Sequence record: NC_016571.1
DNA: 64,000 nucleotides
Reading direction: 5' to 3' (one strand)
The translations under genes and the position numbers were made by a program. Each line of letters begins with the position of its first letter. Position 1 is the first letter of the stretch. This document shows, piece by piece, positions 19,027-27,737 of the stretch. A model generated the notes under the pieces. That model worked only from the letters and a program-made list of their open reading frames with translations. It searched no databases and was not told the origin of the DNA.

Positions 19027-20133
19027 ATGAGCGAGAAACAAAAGATGTCCGATATTCAAAACCAAGCCAATCTGATTAAGCTGGCTCAATTCCTTCGCCT
19101 GGATGTGTTAGATAATGAAGTAATGGTTATCGAACATCAAGAATGGCGTGATCGTTACAAAGTATCCCTGGCTGGAAATATCTGGTACGTCAAAACCCAA
19201 GCTGTCCCTCATTTCTGGTTGGCACTTGAGAAGGGCGACTATAACTCTATCGGTGAATTGTCAGAAGGTAAAGACGAGCTGGTTAAATTCCGTCATGCTC
19301 CGTCTATCCAACTCATCGATCGTAACTTTGATCAAACAGGTCCTTTGTCCGAACTGATGGGTGAAGACTTCATCAACATCGATCGTCGCATGTCTGGTCT
19401 GGTTAACGCTGGTGCAGCGAACATCCGTGACATTGCCAAAATGATCAATACTGAAATGGATCTGGTCAACAAAGATACTGACGTTGTTAAAGACTTCGAT
19501 GGTATTCTGACTTTCAACACTCCGGTCGGTAAAGACTTCAAACTGGAACTGTGTTTCGATAAAGTGAAACCTGTTGATGAAGGTAACGAAAAGATCGAGA
19601 TCCAACGCACCCCTATTACCAAAGAAGACCAGGATACATATCTGCGTGGGACTGGTAAGAAAGTCGTTGATCGTCTGAATGAAGTTACCAAGCTGGTACA
19701 GTCTCTTCTGAATACACCTAAGGTTCAGTCTAACCCAGAGCTGCTCGACTATGCTGTACGAGCTGTAGAAGTTACCCTGACTATGGCGTTCCTGAACCAG
19801 ACCATCACTTACATCTCCTTCGGTGGTGTTGATGATTGGCGCCCACAAGGCGAGACTACTCCTAACAATGAAGTCTGCATGAAAATCCTGGATGATGAAG
19901 TTGAACACCTGATCAAATTCCTGGATGACATTCCTAAACAGGAAGGTGTTGATGTGTACTCCATCGATATGGATACCTTTGCGATCTTCGGCCGTAACAA
20001 TGACAACCGTGTGGTAACTCCTGCCCTGCAAGGTTATACTGGTGACATTCTGAAACGTTACTCTCGTGGTTTCGAACGACTGTTAGCAATCCGCATGGGT
20101 CTGTCCGATAACGCGCACTTCTTCAAGGCGTAA
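19027..20133 (+). CDS. hypothetical, possibly virion, protein
   Basis: 368 aa with strong codon bias. Confidence 0.7.
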   Translation: MSEKQKMSDIQNQANLIKLAQFLRLDVLDNEVMVIEHQEWRDRYKVSLAGNIWYVKTQAVPHFWLALEKGDYNSIGELSEGKDELVKFRHAPSIQLIDRNFDQTGPLSELMGEDFINIDRRMSGLVNAGAANIRDIAKMINTEMDLVNKDTDVVKDFDGILTFNTPVGKDFKLELCFDKVKPVDEGNEKIEIQRTPITKEDQDTYLRGTGKKVVDRLNEVTKLVQSLLNTPKVQSNPELLDYAVRAVEVTLTMAFLNQTITYISFGGVDDWRPQGETTPNNEVCMKILDDEVEHLIKFLDDIPKQEGVDVYSIDMDTFAIFGRNNDNRVVTPALQGYTGDILKRYSRGFERLLAIRMGLSDNAHFFKA

Positions 20134-20153
20134 TTTCAACAAACAAACATATC

Positions 20154-20181
20154 GCTTAGCGAGGCCGAAACCTCGCTAAGC
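20154..20181. terminator. bidirectional hairpin
   Basis: GCTTAGCGAGG-CCGAAA-CCTCGCTAAGC between convergent genes. Confidence 0.75.
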
Positions 20182-20192
20182 ATTTATGCTGT

Positions 20193-20969
20193 TTACAGTT
20201 TTTTAGCTTCATCGATCTGCAATTGCAGAATACGAGTCAGTTCACTTAACTGGGCTACCATCATACCAGCAAAGGTAATGGTTTCTACCAGTTCAGAGAT
20301 AGTGTCGTTCAGTAGACGGCTTGCGCTGTCATCCAGAACCATATCGCCTGAGTCGATTTTCTTCTTCAGCAGGTTAACAACGTAAACCACCTGGTCAGCA
20401 GATTTAGACAGTACTTCTATATCACGTGATTTAAGTGTCTCAACAACACGGTTGAAGTTCTGATCAACTTCCAGAGCAGTACCGAAGTTAGGGTACATCT
20501 GGTTCAAGGCACGAGTATAAACCTTGGTGTCTTCAAAGACCAGCTTAGCTTGTTGTTTGGTTTCATTAACCATGATCATCGCATCGACATTGCGAATCGA
20601 GTAAGGAACTTTACCCGTTGCTGCAATAGACTTGATGCCACGATAAACAGCGTCAGTTTGAGACTGAGCTAATTTAACCAGAGGGACTGCTTTCAGCACG
20701 AAATCAACATACTCTTTAAACGACATTTTGTCGGCATTAAAGAATACTGGAGATGGGATATGTTTGATAGAAACATCAAAGTAAACATTTCTGGCGGTGA
20801 GCTGTTTCCAAACTTCTTCACCTTTTACGGTGTGAATAGTTTTGTTAAAGTTCTTCGCGTTGAAGGAGTCGATCCCCAAGCTCAGTTCTTTAAAGAAGGA
20901 TGTCAGACGCTCGCCAACTGTTAGCGCTTCTGCACCAACGATTGCATCAAGATCAAATGTAATAGACAT
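20193..20969 (-). CDS. putative virion head protein (phiKZ gp153-like position)
   Basis: Start ATG20969; N-terminal VGAE/A site; next to UvsX. Confidence 0.55.
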   Translation of the reverse strand: MSITFDLDAIVGAEALTVGERLTSFFKELSLGIDSFNAKNFNKTIHTVKGEEVWKQLTARNVYFDVSIKHIPSPVFFNADKMSFKEYVDFVLKAVPLVKLAQSQTDAVYRGIKSIAATGKVPYSIRNVDAMIMVNETKQQAKLVFEDTKVYTRALNQMYPNFGTALEVDQNFNRVVETLKSRDIEVLSKSADQVVYVVNLLKKKIDSGDMVLDDSASRLLNDTISELVETITFAGMMVAQLSELTRILQLQIDEAKKL

Positions 20970-21036
20970 GCTATGGCAAACTCCATTAGTGTGTTTTCGA
21001 AACGATTCATAACATTTAAACAAAAAGGGTATATAG

Positions 21037-22512
21037 ATGCTGACCGCATTGAATTTCTTAAAAGATTATGGTGCCGAATCCAACCTGCAAATCGGTTTGA
21101 ACGTATCACCAATCTTCGACATGCTGACCACTAGCATGATTAAAGGCAAGGATGGGGTTTGGTATCAGAACGGTGGACTGATGCCTATCAACGGTTTGGC
21201 TGGCGGTAACAACACCCAGAAAACTGGTAAGACTGTTAAAGACGTTGCAGCGCTGCTGTTCCGTTTTAAATCATCCGTCATTCTTTATGGTGATACTGAA
21301 TCTACTCTGGACATTTCTCGTCTAGCAGAAGAAGTGGATCGCCTGTTTGGTGAAGAAGGTTACTTCGCTGAAAACATCGAAGATATCCGTTTCCACTACA
21401 TGCCTAACTCCGCTGGTATCGATGGCACCGAACTACATAATAAAGTCATCGAGATCTATAAGACTATCCATGCACTGTCTGAATCAAAAGACAAAGCAGA
21501 ACAAGAAGCTTATAAGCAACTGTTCCTGGATACTCCTTTCTGGAGCGCTAAGGCTAATAAGCACGTTCAGGTAATGCAACCTATTCTGTTCATCTGTGAC
21601 TCCATCTCTGAAGTTCTGTTTGACAACCTGATGTTCAAACAGTTTGACGATGGTGATATGGATGAAGGCGGTAAGAAACGTACCCGTGACATGGAGATCG
21701 GTAACCTGCGTCGTATCTTGATGACAGATACCTGTATCCTTGGCCCACGTGTCGGTTTACGTTCTTACTGGATTGCTCAGTCCGCTGACGTTATTAACAT
21801 GGATGGTCGTCCTAAAGAAAAAGACTCCACCTTCCTGCGTCACAATAAGAAACTGGCTGCTCCGAAAGCGATGCTGAAATTACCACACATCGGTATCGAG
21901 ATCATTAAGGGTACAGTTCTTAAGCAGACAGACCACTCTGTAACTTATCCTCGCGGTAAAGATTCATTAACCTCTACCAACGCCAAGTCTAACCCAGAAC
22001 TGGTTCAGTACTTCACTACGGTCTTCCGTAACAAGTCTGGTTCATCTGGCGGTGATATTGCATTCGTTGCAAGTCAGGCTGAAGGTATCCTGGTTAACCT
22101 GTCAATGTACGACTCCCTGAAAGAGAACAAGTACTTTGGCCTGGATGGTAGTGCAGTGCGTCACTCTTGTGCATTACTGCCAGACGTTTCTATCACTCGT
22201 CCAACTGTTCGCGATATGATCGAAGGCCCAGATGCTAATCCTAAGCTTCAGCGTGCTATCGAGATTTGCTGGCAGCTGTGGTACGAACAAACATTCTGGG
22301 ACAACTTCCCTGAGGAATGGAAAATCACTCCAGCTCAACTTTACGAGAAAGGTAAAGAGCGCGGTCTGGATTGGGATGACGTTCTCGAAAACACAATCTA
22401 CTTCTGGCACGATAACCATGAAGTGATTAAGAAACATACATTAACTATCTACGAACTGATGGAAATCGTCGTGGGTGGTAAGAAACCATATTGGATCAAG
22501 GACAAGAAATAA
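21037..22512 (+). CDS. uvsX: UvsX/RecA-like recombinase
   Basis: Variant Walker A GGNNTQKT, YGDTESTL, Walker B ILFICDSIS; phiKZ gp152-like size and position. Confidence 0.75.
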   Translation: MLTALNFLKDYGAESNLQIGLNVSPIFDMLTTSMIKGKDGVWYQNGGLMPINGLAGGNNTQKTGKTVKDVAALLFRFKSSVILYGDTESTLDISRLAEEVDRLFGEEGYFAENIEDIRFHYMPNSAGIDGTELHNKVIEIYKTIHALSESKDKAEQEAYKQLFLDTPFWSAKANKHVQVMQPILFICDSISEVLFDNLMFKQFDDGDMDEGGKKRTRDMEIGNLRRILMTDTCILGPRVGLRSYWIAQSADVINMDGRPKEKDSTFLRHNKKLAAPKAMLKLPHIGIEIIKGTVLKQTDHSVTYPRGKDSLTSTNAKSNPELVQYFTTVFRNKSGSSGGDIAFVASQAEGILVNLSMYDSLKENKYFGLDGSAVRHSCALLPDVSITRPTVRDMIEGPDANPKLQRAIEICWQLWYEQTFWDNFPEEWKITPAQLYEKGKERGLDWDDVLENTIYFWHDNHEVIKKHTLTIYELMEIVVGGKKPYWIKDKK

Positions 22513-22874
22513 TGTCAGACTTCAGTTACGATTACTCGGTTCTTGTTGTAGCAGAGCCGGACTTTCTGAACAAAGGTAAAGATATCGAAGCTTACATGGA
22601 TAAGCTTAATAAGTTCTTAACCAAACGAGCCGGTGAAAGTACATTCCGTCCGGTAACAGTATCTGGTAACTACGGTTTGAACCTGGCTGTTAAGATCGAA
22701 GTAGATGATCGTAACAAAACTGCCTTCTCTAAATCAATTGCGGATCATTTGATTCAATTTGATGACATTGTTCTGATCACGAACTTTGAGAAGGATCCGT
22801 ACCTGGATGTGTTAACTGGTTTAGCGTCGGAACTCTCAAAGCCTGTAACTATTTACAACTATGAGATAAAGTAA
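22512..22874 (+). CDS. hypothetical protein
   Basis: TAATG-coupled; 120 aa. Confidence 0.7.
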   Translation: MSDFSYDYSVLVVAEPDFLNKGKDIEAYMDKLNKFLTKRAGESTFRPVTVSGNYGLNLAVKIEVDDRNKTAFSKSIADHLIQFDDIVLITNFEKDPYLDVLTGLASELSKPVTIYNYEIK

Positions 22875-23554
22875 TGTTAAAGAACCGCAAAGAGATTGAA
22901 AACGACATCCTGTCATTGGCAGAACGTTTTACTCAGGGCGGGGGAAACAAAGAACTTTATGCAGGGCTGTTTAAACAACTTGATGATGAGGGGTTTAAGC
23001 AGTTCTGGAATAAGGTTTGTGATAGTGGATTTATCCCGATGTTTGTGGATAACTTCGACATGAAGGAAGGCATCAACTATGACCATATGGTTAAGCTTGC
23101 TGTCTCCCTTGCTATCCCCCTGGAACAACAGTTGGTATTCACCGATCCAGATACAGGGTTAGAACATACCACCCCAGAGACAGCTCTGGTTGGTTGGGCA
23201 GAAGTTCGTAAACAGCGTCAGCTGCAAGCCAAGAAGTTTGGTGCATCCAAACATGACTATGAGACTGAAGACCTGACAGGGCAACCTACAGGCGCTTCTA
23301 AAGCAGGTGGTATCTCTAACCCAGAGATCCAAGTTCTGCTGAGTCTTGGTCTTCCTACATTGGCTAAAGAGTTAGCTGACGTTCGTGGTGGTGACGCAGG
23401 AGCGTATCGTGCATATAAGAACGATATCTTGACTTCTGGTGTTGCCACTACCGAATCTGCTCTACAACGTGGTACTGGTGTTAAGTCACTTCAGACTGCA
23501 CATTACCTGTTACGTGCTCAGCACCTGGATAACAACCTGGCGGACCGCGATTAA
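22874..23554 (+). CDS. virion RNA polymerase beta subunit, C-terminal fragment (phiKZ gp149-like)
   Basis: LTGQPTGASKAGGISNPE and KELADVRGGD correspond to RpoB [21 protein letters not shown] and QEMLTVKSDD. Confidence 0.8.
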   Translation: MLKNRKEIENDILSLAERFTQGGGNKELYAGLFKQLDDEGFKQFWNKVCDSGFIPMFVDNFDMKEGINYDHMVKLAVSLAIPLEQQLVFTDPDTGLEHTTPETALVGWAEVRKQRQLQAKKFGASKHDYETEDLTGQPTGASKAGGISNPEIQVLLSLGLPTLAKELADVRGGDAGAYRAYKNDILTSGVATTESALQRGTGVKSLQTAHYLLRAQHLDNNLADRD

Positions 23555-24009
23555 TGGAAGAGAAGGATCCTATTGTCCTTCTGTTAAACTACATGGCCTC
23601 GGAGCTACATACCGAGGTCATTATTAACAGAGACAGCACAGATTTCTGGGAGAAGGCGCAGGACTATATCTTTGATAACTCTTTGGTATCTTTCCGTGAA
23701 GGCATTGACACTTTGTCGGAAGCGATCAAGAAAGAAAAGGATATGTACAACTACCTGTCGGCATTGGTGTTCCGTACCTTTGCTCAGCCATTCACCCTAA
23801 CTGCACTTAAACAGTTTGCTGACGGTTTCGATGCCACAGCAAGTGACCCTATTCTGGGTGGGTTTAATTTCACCGCAGCAAAACTCACGAACATAGAGAA
23901 GCTTATGCTTTTCTTCACCGTCCACCGTAACAAGATCACCATTGCACTCTTTGAGCGCGATGAGTTGATTAACCTGGAAAAGAAAAGTAAGGGAAAAAGT
24001 AGCCGATGA
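23554..24009 (+). CDS. hypothetical protein
   Basis: 151 aa, coupled to upstream gene. Confidence 0.7.
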   Translation: MEEKDPIVLLLNYMASELHTEVIINRDSTDFWEKAQDYIFDNSLVSFREGIDTLSEAIKKEKDMYNYLSALVFRTFAQPFTLTALKQFADGFDATASDPILGGFNFTAAKLTNIEKLMLFFTVHRNKITIALFERDELINLEKKSKGKSSR

Positions 24010-24740
24010 ATATCGATTTGTTTACCAACGTGGGCTCCCTCTTTGATGAACGTCGAGGCATCATTACCAAAGTTGCCATTGAAAGTGGTAACACCAAGTT
24101 CGATTGGAACACTAACTTCAGCGAGATTTATGCACGTCGTCGTTTCGACTACTTTAATCAACCCGAGTTAGGTATTACGCAAGAGAAATATCTTGAGCGT
24201 TTTGCTAAGCGTTCCATTGAAGACTTTGCTGACCACACCCAAGCTTTCATTCGTCCAAGTAAACTAATTCACAACATGTTTAAAATTGTACGTGAGATAG
24301 AATTTGGCGTAGGACAAATGTTATCAGTATCAACTTTCTCGTTGACTGTCAATATTTATCCTTATGTGATCGAGGGTGAACTGTTAGATGAACTGGCTTC
24401 GACCATCCGTGGAGCGATTCCATTTAACATCTCTCTATCCTTTGTAGATTTCCCGTATGAGAAAATAACTCCTGCGGTACTTCATAGCTACCAGTACGTC
24501 TTCCTTTATGACTTCATGTGTACACCACACTACGAGGTATACTGGAAAGAATATCCGAAAGCGCAACCTTCCAATGTGAAGTTTATCATTCCGGATGTAC
24601 TGGCAAAGAGCCCTGAAGAACTTCCCGAAGAAATGAGACGCGAAGAGCCGATCGAATTACTTGGAAAGATGAATGCAACTCAAGGCGGTAAAATTACCTG
24701 GGTGCCATATCCTAAAACCATATTCGACTATAAAGAATAA
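24006..24740 (+). CDS. hypothetical protein of the core block
   Basis: 244 aa, ATGA overlap. Confidence 0.7.
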   Translation: MNIDLFTNVGSLFDERRGIITKVAIESGNTKFDWNTNFSEIYARRRFDYFNQPELGITQEKYLERFAKRSIEDFADHTQAFIRPSKLIHNMFKIVREIEFGVGQMLSVSTFSLTVNIYPYVIEGELLDELASTIRGAIPFNISLSFVDFPYEKITPAVLHSYQYVFLYDFMCTPHYEVYWKEYPKAQPSNVKFIIPDVLAKSPEELPEEMRREEPIELLGKMNATQGGKITWVPYPKTIFDYKE

Positions 24741-24745
24741 GGTCA

Positions 24746-24776
24746 ACCCCTGAGCCCTTCACGGGGCTCAGGGGGT
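24746..24776. terminator. bidirectional hairpin
   Basis: ACCCCTGAGCCC...GGGCTCAGGGGGT between convergent genes. Confidence 0.75.
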
Positions 24777-24796
24777 GTTTAACCTTTTGTTTGGTT

Positions 24797-25414
24797 TTAT
24801 GACTCTGGGTCCCAAGGAGTATCCTCGGAATCATCTTTGTCTTCAGTTGTTCCGGTAACTCGGATATCTTCCAATTCTGCAAAGGAAGCTTCAATCTCTT
24901 TAGAGTCAACGATCTGGTGGCCTTGATACAACTCTTCACCTTTGATCTCATCGTCTGGGTTAACAGACAGGTTAATCATAGGAGCCATTGGATCAAGAAT
25001 GATTGCTTGAGTGCCGTAGTTAGGAACAACAATGCGACCAGCTGTGATTTCATTAAGGGCGTTAGCAAACGTAGCAAAGTTAGCACGGTTGTCTTCCAGC
25101 TCTTTATCCTTCAGACGTTCTTTACGATCGTCACGTACGGCTTTCTCAAGCTGAGCCAGGATAGTGTTAATTGAGTCCAACAGCTTTGGATTGTTTGGTT
25201 TACTGATGTAGGTTTGGGTAGCGATATCCAGCACTAATGTTCTGTGCTTCTGAACGATGTTGATAAGTTCGTTCTCATTATCTTTATCCCCACGACCACC
25301 TGACAGAACAAACTGAATATCTTTAATCAGTTGGTCCTTGTCCTTCTCAGTCTTTAACTTTTCGTCTGACTGAGGAGCCGGATGAATTTCATCCCCGTAA
25401 TCTTCGTATGCCAT
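24797..25414 (-). CDS. hypothetical acidic coiled-coil protein
   Basis: Start ATG25414 after GGAG. Confidence 0.7.
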   Translation of the reverse strand: MAYEDYGDEIHPAPQSDEKLKTEKDKDQLIKDIQFVLSGGRGDKDNENELINIVQKHRTLVLDIATQTYISKPNNPKLLDSINTILAQLEKAVRDDRKERLKDKELEDNRANFATFANALNEITAGRIVVPNYGTQAIILDPMAPMINLSVNPDDEIKGEELYQGHQIVDSKEIEASFAELEDIRVTGTTEDKDDSEDTPWDPES

Positions 25415-25457
25415 GATATGCTCCAATACTTTTAATAAGACTATTATATTTCAGACA

Positions 25458-25472
25458 AATATTATCAAAGTA
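25458..25472 (+). promoter_or_regulatory. promoter motif variant
   Basis: AATATTAT-CAAAG-TA in a divergent intergenic region. Confidence 0.45.
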
Positions 25473-25525
25473 GATAAACGGAAATCTGTTTTAATAATAT
25501 TCGTTATAGTCTCGAGGAAATTAAA

Positions 25526-26080
25526 ATGTTCTTTCAAAAGTTATTAAACAAGATTCCATTCTTCCGCAATCGACAGATTAAGAAGATAAAAGAGGACCTT
25601 GTAGAAATTCAGCGCGACTTTGGTGAAGGGTTCTTTAACGACCGCTACATCATTAGTCTTCACAATATCCTAAATAACTCACTGATGGACTTCTCAGACG
25701 ATTTAGTGAGTGGGTCATTGAACAAGTTCAGCTCGTACACAAAGTCGTCTATGAGTGCTCTGAAGCTCATAGATAAGCCCGAATTGAAGAAGACTAGATT
25801 AGAGAAAAGTAACATCGTTTCTTTGACTAAGGAAACCGACTATTTCTCAGCCTGGTATTCTAATGAAGAATCTGTACGTGAGTTTATCGATAAAATGAGT
25901 CACTACATCGTAGCTCAGGTTTGGTTAGCAACCCCGAACCCAGACTACGAGGCTCAGGAAAAGATAGACCATTATATAAGCGAACTAAATAATGAAGTAT
26001 TTGACTCGCTAATCTACCGACTCCTTCTTGAGGATTTGGTTAGCATTGTATCATTCTACATAGAGAGTAAATATGAATGA
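25526..26080 (+). CDS. hypothetical protein
   Basis: 184 aa, RBS GAGG. Confidence 0.7.
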   Translation: MFFQKLLNKIPFFRNRQIKKIKEDLVEIQRDFGEGFFNDRYIISLHNILNNSLMDFSDDLVSGSLNKFSSYTKSSMSALKLIDKPELKKTRLEKSNIVSLTKETDYFSAWYSNEESVREFIDKMSHYIVAQVWLATPNPDYEAQEKIDHYISELNNEVFDSLIYRLLLEDLVSIVSFYIESKYE

Positions 26081-26483
26081 CAAAAAGAAAGCGTTGAGTT
26101 TTGGGAAGAACAAGAACTTTGTTCCCCCAGAGCAGCTTACCGATGTACCTAGCCGTCTTTTCAGAAAGATCACCCAGGTACTCGATATCAACATGGCCAA
26201 ATGGAAAACGTATCTGGATGATTACCTTCGTTGGATTCATCCCGACGACAGTGGTCCAGCTGCCGATGTTAAACGCAACCGTTCTACTGCTATGGGAAAT
26301 ATCCAAAGTACGTTATTCTTCTCTAAGACTCTGTCATGGAACAAGTTATTAATGGGATTGAAGATTGCCAAGATCGCAGAGATTGAAGTCATCTTTAAAA
26401 TCAAAACAGAATCTGGTGAGGAACACGTCATCACCGAAAAGACTATTCTGCGCAAATCCCCAAGGGGTAGTGGCGAAGACTGA
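26073..26483 (+). CDS. hypothetical protein
   Basis: 136 aa, overlaps previous stop. Confidence 0.7.
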   Translation: MNDKKKALSFGKNKNFVPPEQLTDVPSRLFRKITQVLDINMAKWKTYLDDYLRWIHPDDSGPAADVKRNRSTAMGNIQSTLFFSKTLSWNKLLMGLKIAKIAEIEVIFKIKTESGEEHVITEKTILRKSPRGSGED

Positions 26484-26489
26484 CGGAAT

Positions 26490-26542
26490 GTTACTCTACC
26501 TTCGGGTAGAGTAACCACACCCTACTTACTTTATTTTTTTTT
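26490..26542 (+). terminator. UUCG hairpin with displaced T-tract
   Basis: GTTACTCTACC-TTCG-GGTAGAGTAAC, then TTTATTTTTTTTT about 15 nt later. Confidence 0.75.
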
Positions 26543-26553
26543 CAGGAATTGAC

Positions 26554-27681
26554 ATGACTCTCTTACAACGCAATGGTACGTTCCAAGGTGTTGATTTAAA
26601 TAACACTTTGCAGCAAGCTAACCGCTCCATGGGTGAGGCGGTATCTGGTTTAGATAAACAGCTAGTTAACCCATTCAAATCTATTACCGATGGGATACAG
26701 TCCGGTGTTGCATTAGTTAGTGAAAAGGAATCACAATTACTAAGCAATATCTCCAGCTATAAATCAGCAGCCATCGATGGGATCAATAACTCACTGAAGA
26801 ACCTAACAGGTGGGTTATTTAACATCGGGGACATTGGCTCGATTATCACGTATCAGGATGGGTTTAAAGTAGACACTAACCAGTTACTTCGTTTAGGAAG
26901 TAAAGGGCTAGGCTTTAACATCAACTCAATGATGGACTTGAAACAAGAGATAGGTGATGGGTTCTTAAAGGAACTGGACTCCATGACCTTTGGATTAGCC
27001 TCTTCTGTATTTCGTGCAGACGGCACCAAGATCTCTTTAGCCGATGACTGGAAGTTTGGAGTAGGTAACTCCATCATTGACTTCTTAGGTAAAGATGACC
27101 CAGAAGGATTCGGTACAGTAGTCAACGTGGCTGCTATGAACTCTATCCTTAATACCATGATCAACCAAACCGTCACCACAGGTATGTGGCAGGGCTATGG
27201 TAACTATGGTAACATGTACATCTTCGAATCAGATTACCATGGCGCATTGATTGATTCATTATCTATCGCTATTGGACGTGGTGATGCTAAATCTATCCAG
27301 ACCATTTTGGATATCATTGCAGAAGAAGGTGTATTAAAGGTTAATGCCAAATACCCTGATTTGATTGAACAGATGCTGGGTAACTTCACGTTCGGTAATG
27401 ATGTTACTGCCGATCAGTATCCAGAGCTTACAGCGCTGCTCCTGAAGGTCTGTGTTACAGTTGCTGGACCTAACTGGTACAAATACCCTACTCAGTTTGG
27501 TGATGCCTATAAACTGTCTCTGGTTGGCTTTATCTCTGAAGATGCTAAGACGTTACTGAATGAAGAAGAACCTCTCATTCCTTTACTCTGTTCATCTGGT
27601 ATCTTTGTTGAACAACGAGCACAGGACGTGTTCTTATCTGATTTCCCTAAAGCCGTCGTATTCGACAAAACAACAACATAA
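26554..27681 (+). CDS. putative virion structural protein
   Basis: 375 aa next to baseplate and tail genes; role inferred. Confidence 0.5.
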   Translation: MTLLQRNGTFQGVDLNNTLQQANRSMGEAVSGLDKQLVNPFKSITDGIQSGVALVSEKESQLLSNISSYKSAAIDGINNSLKNLTGGLFNIGDIGSIITYQDGFKVDTNQLLRLGSKGLGFNINSMMDLKQEIGDGFLKELDSMTFGLASSVFRADGTKISLADDWKFGVGNSIIDFLGKDDPEGFGTVVNVAAMNSILNTMINQTVTTGMWQGYGNYGNMYIFESDYHGALIDSLSIAIGRGDAKSIQTILDIIAEEGVLKVNAKYPDLIEQMLGNFTFGNDVTADQYPELTALLLKVCVTVAGPNWYKYPTQFGDAYKLSLVGFISEDAKTLLNEEEPLIPLLCSSGIFVEQRAQDVFLSDFPKAVVFDKTTT

Positions 27682-27687
27682 ACATAA

Positions 27688-27716
27688 CCCCTACCCCTCC
27701 GTAAGGAAGGGTAGGG
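27688..27716. repeat. 29-nt hairpin element identical to 9054-9082; bidirectional terminator position
   Basis: Exact sequence identity, between convergent genes. Confidence 0.85.
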
Positions 27717-27737
27717 AGTATATGCTTTATTTTTTTT

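Noticed and set aside
21190-21240. Non-canonical Walker A (GGNNTQKT) in UvsX as a sign of inactivity
   Set aside because: Lys-Thr and Walker B are kept; jumbo-phage UvsX proteins are, from memory, commonly divergent here
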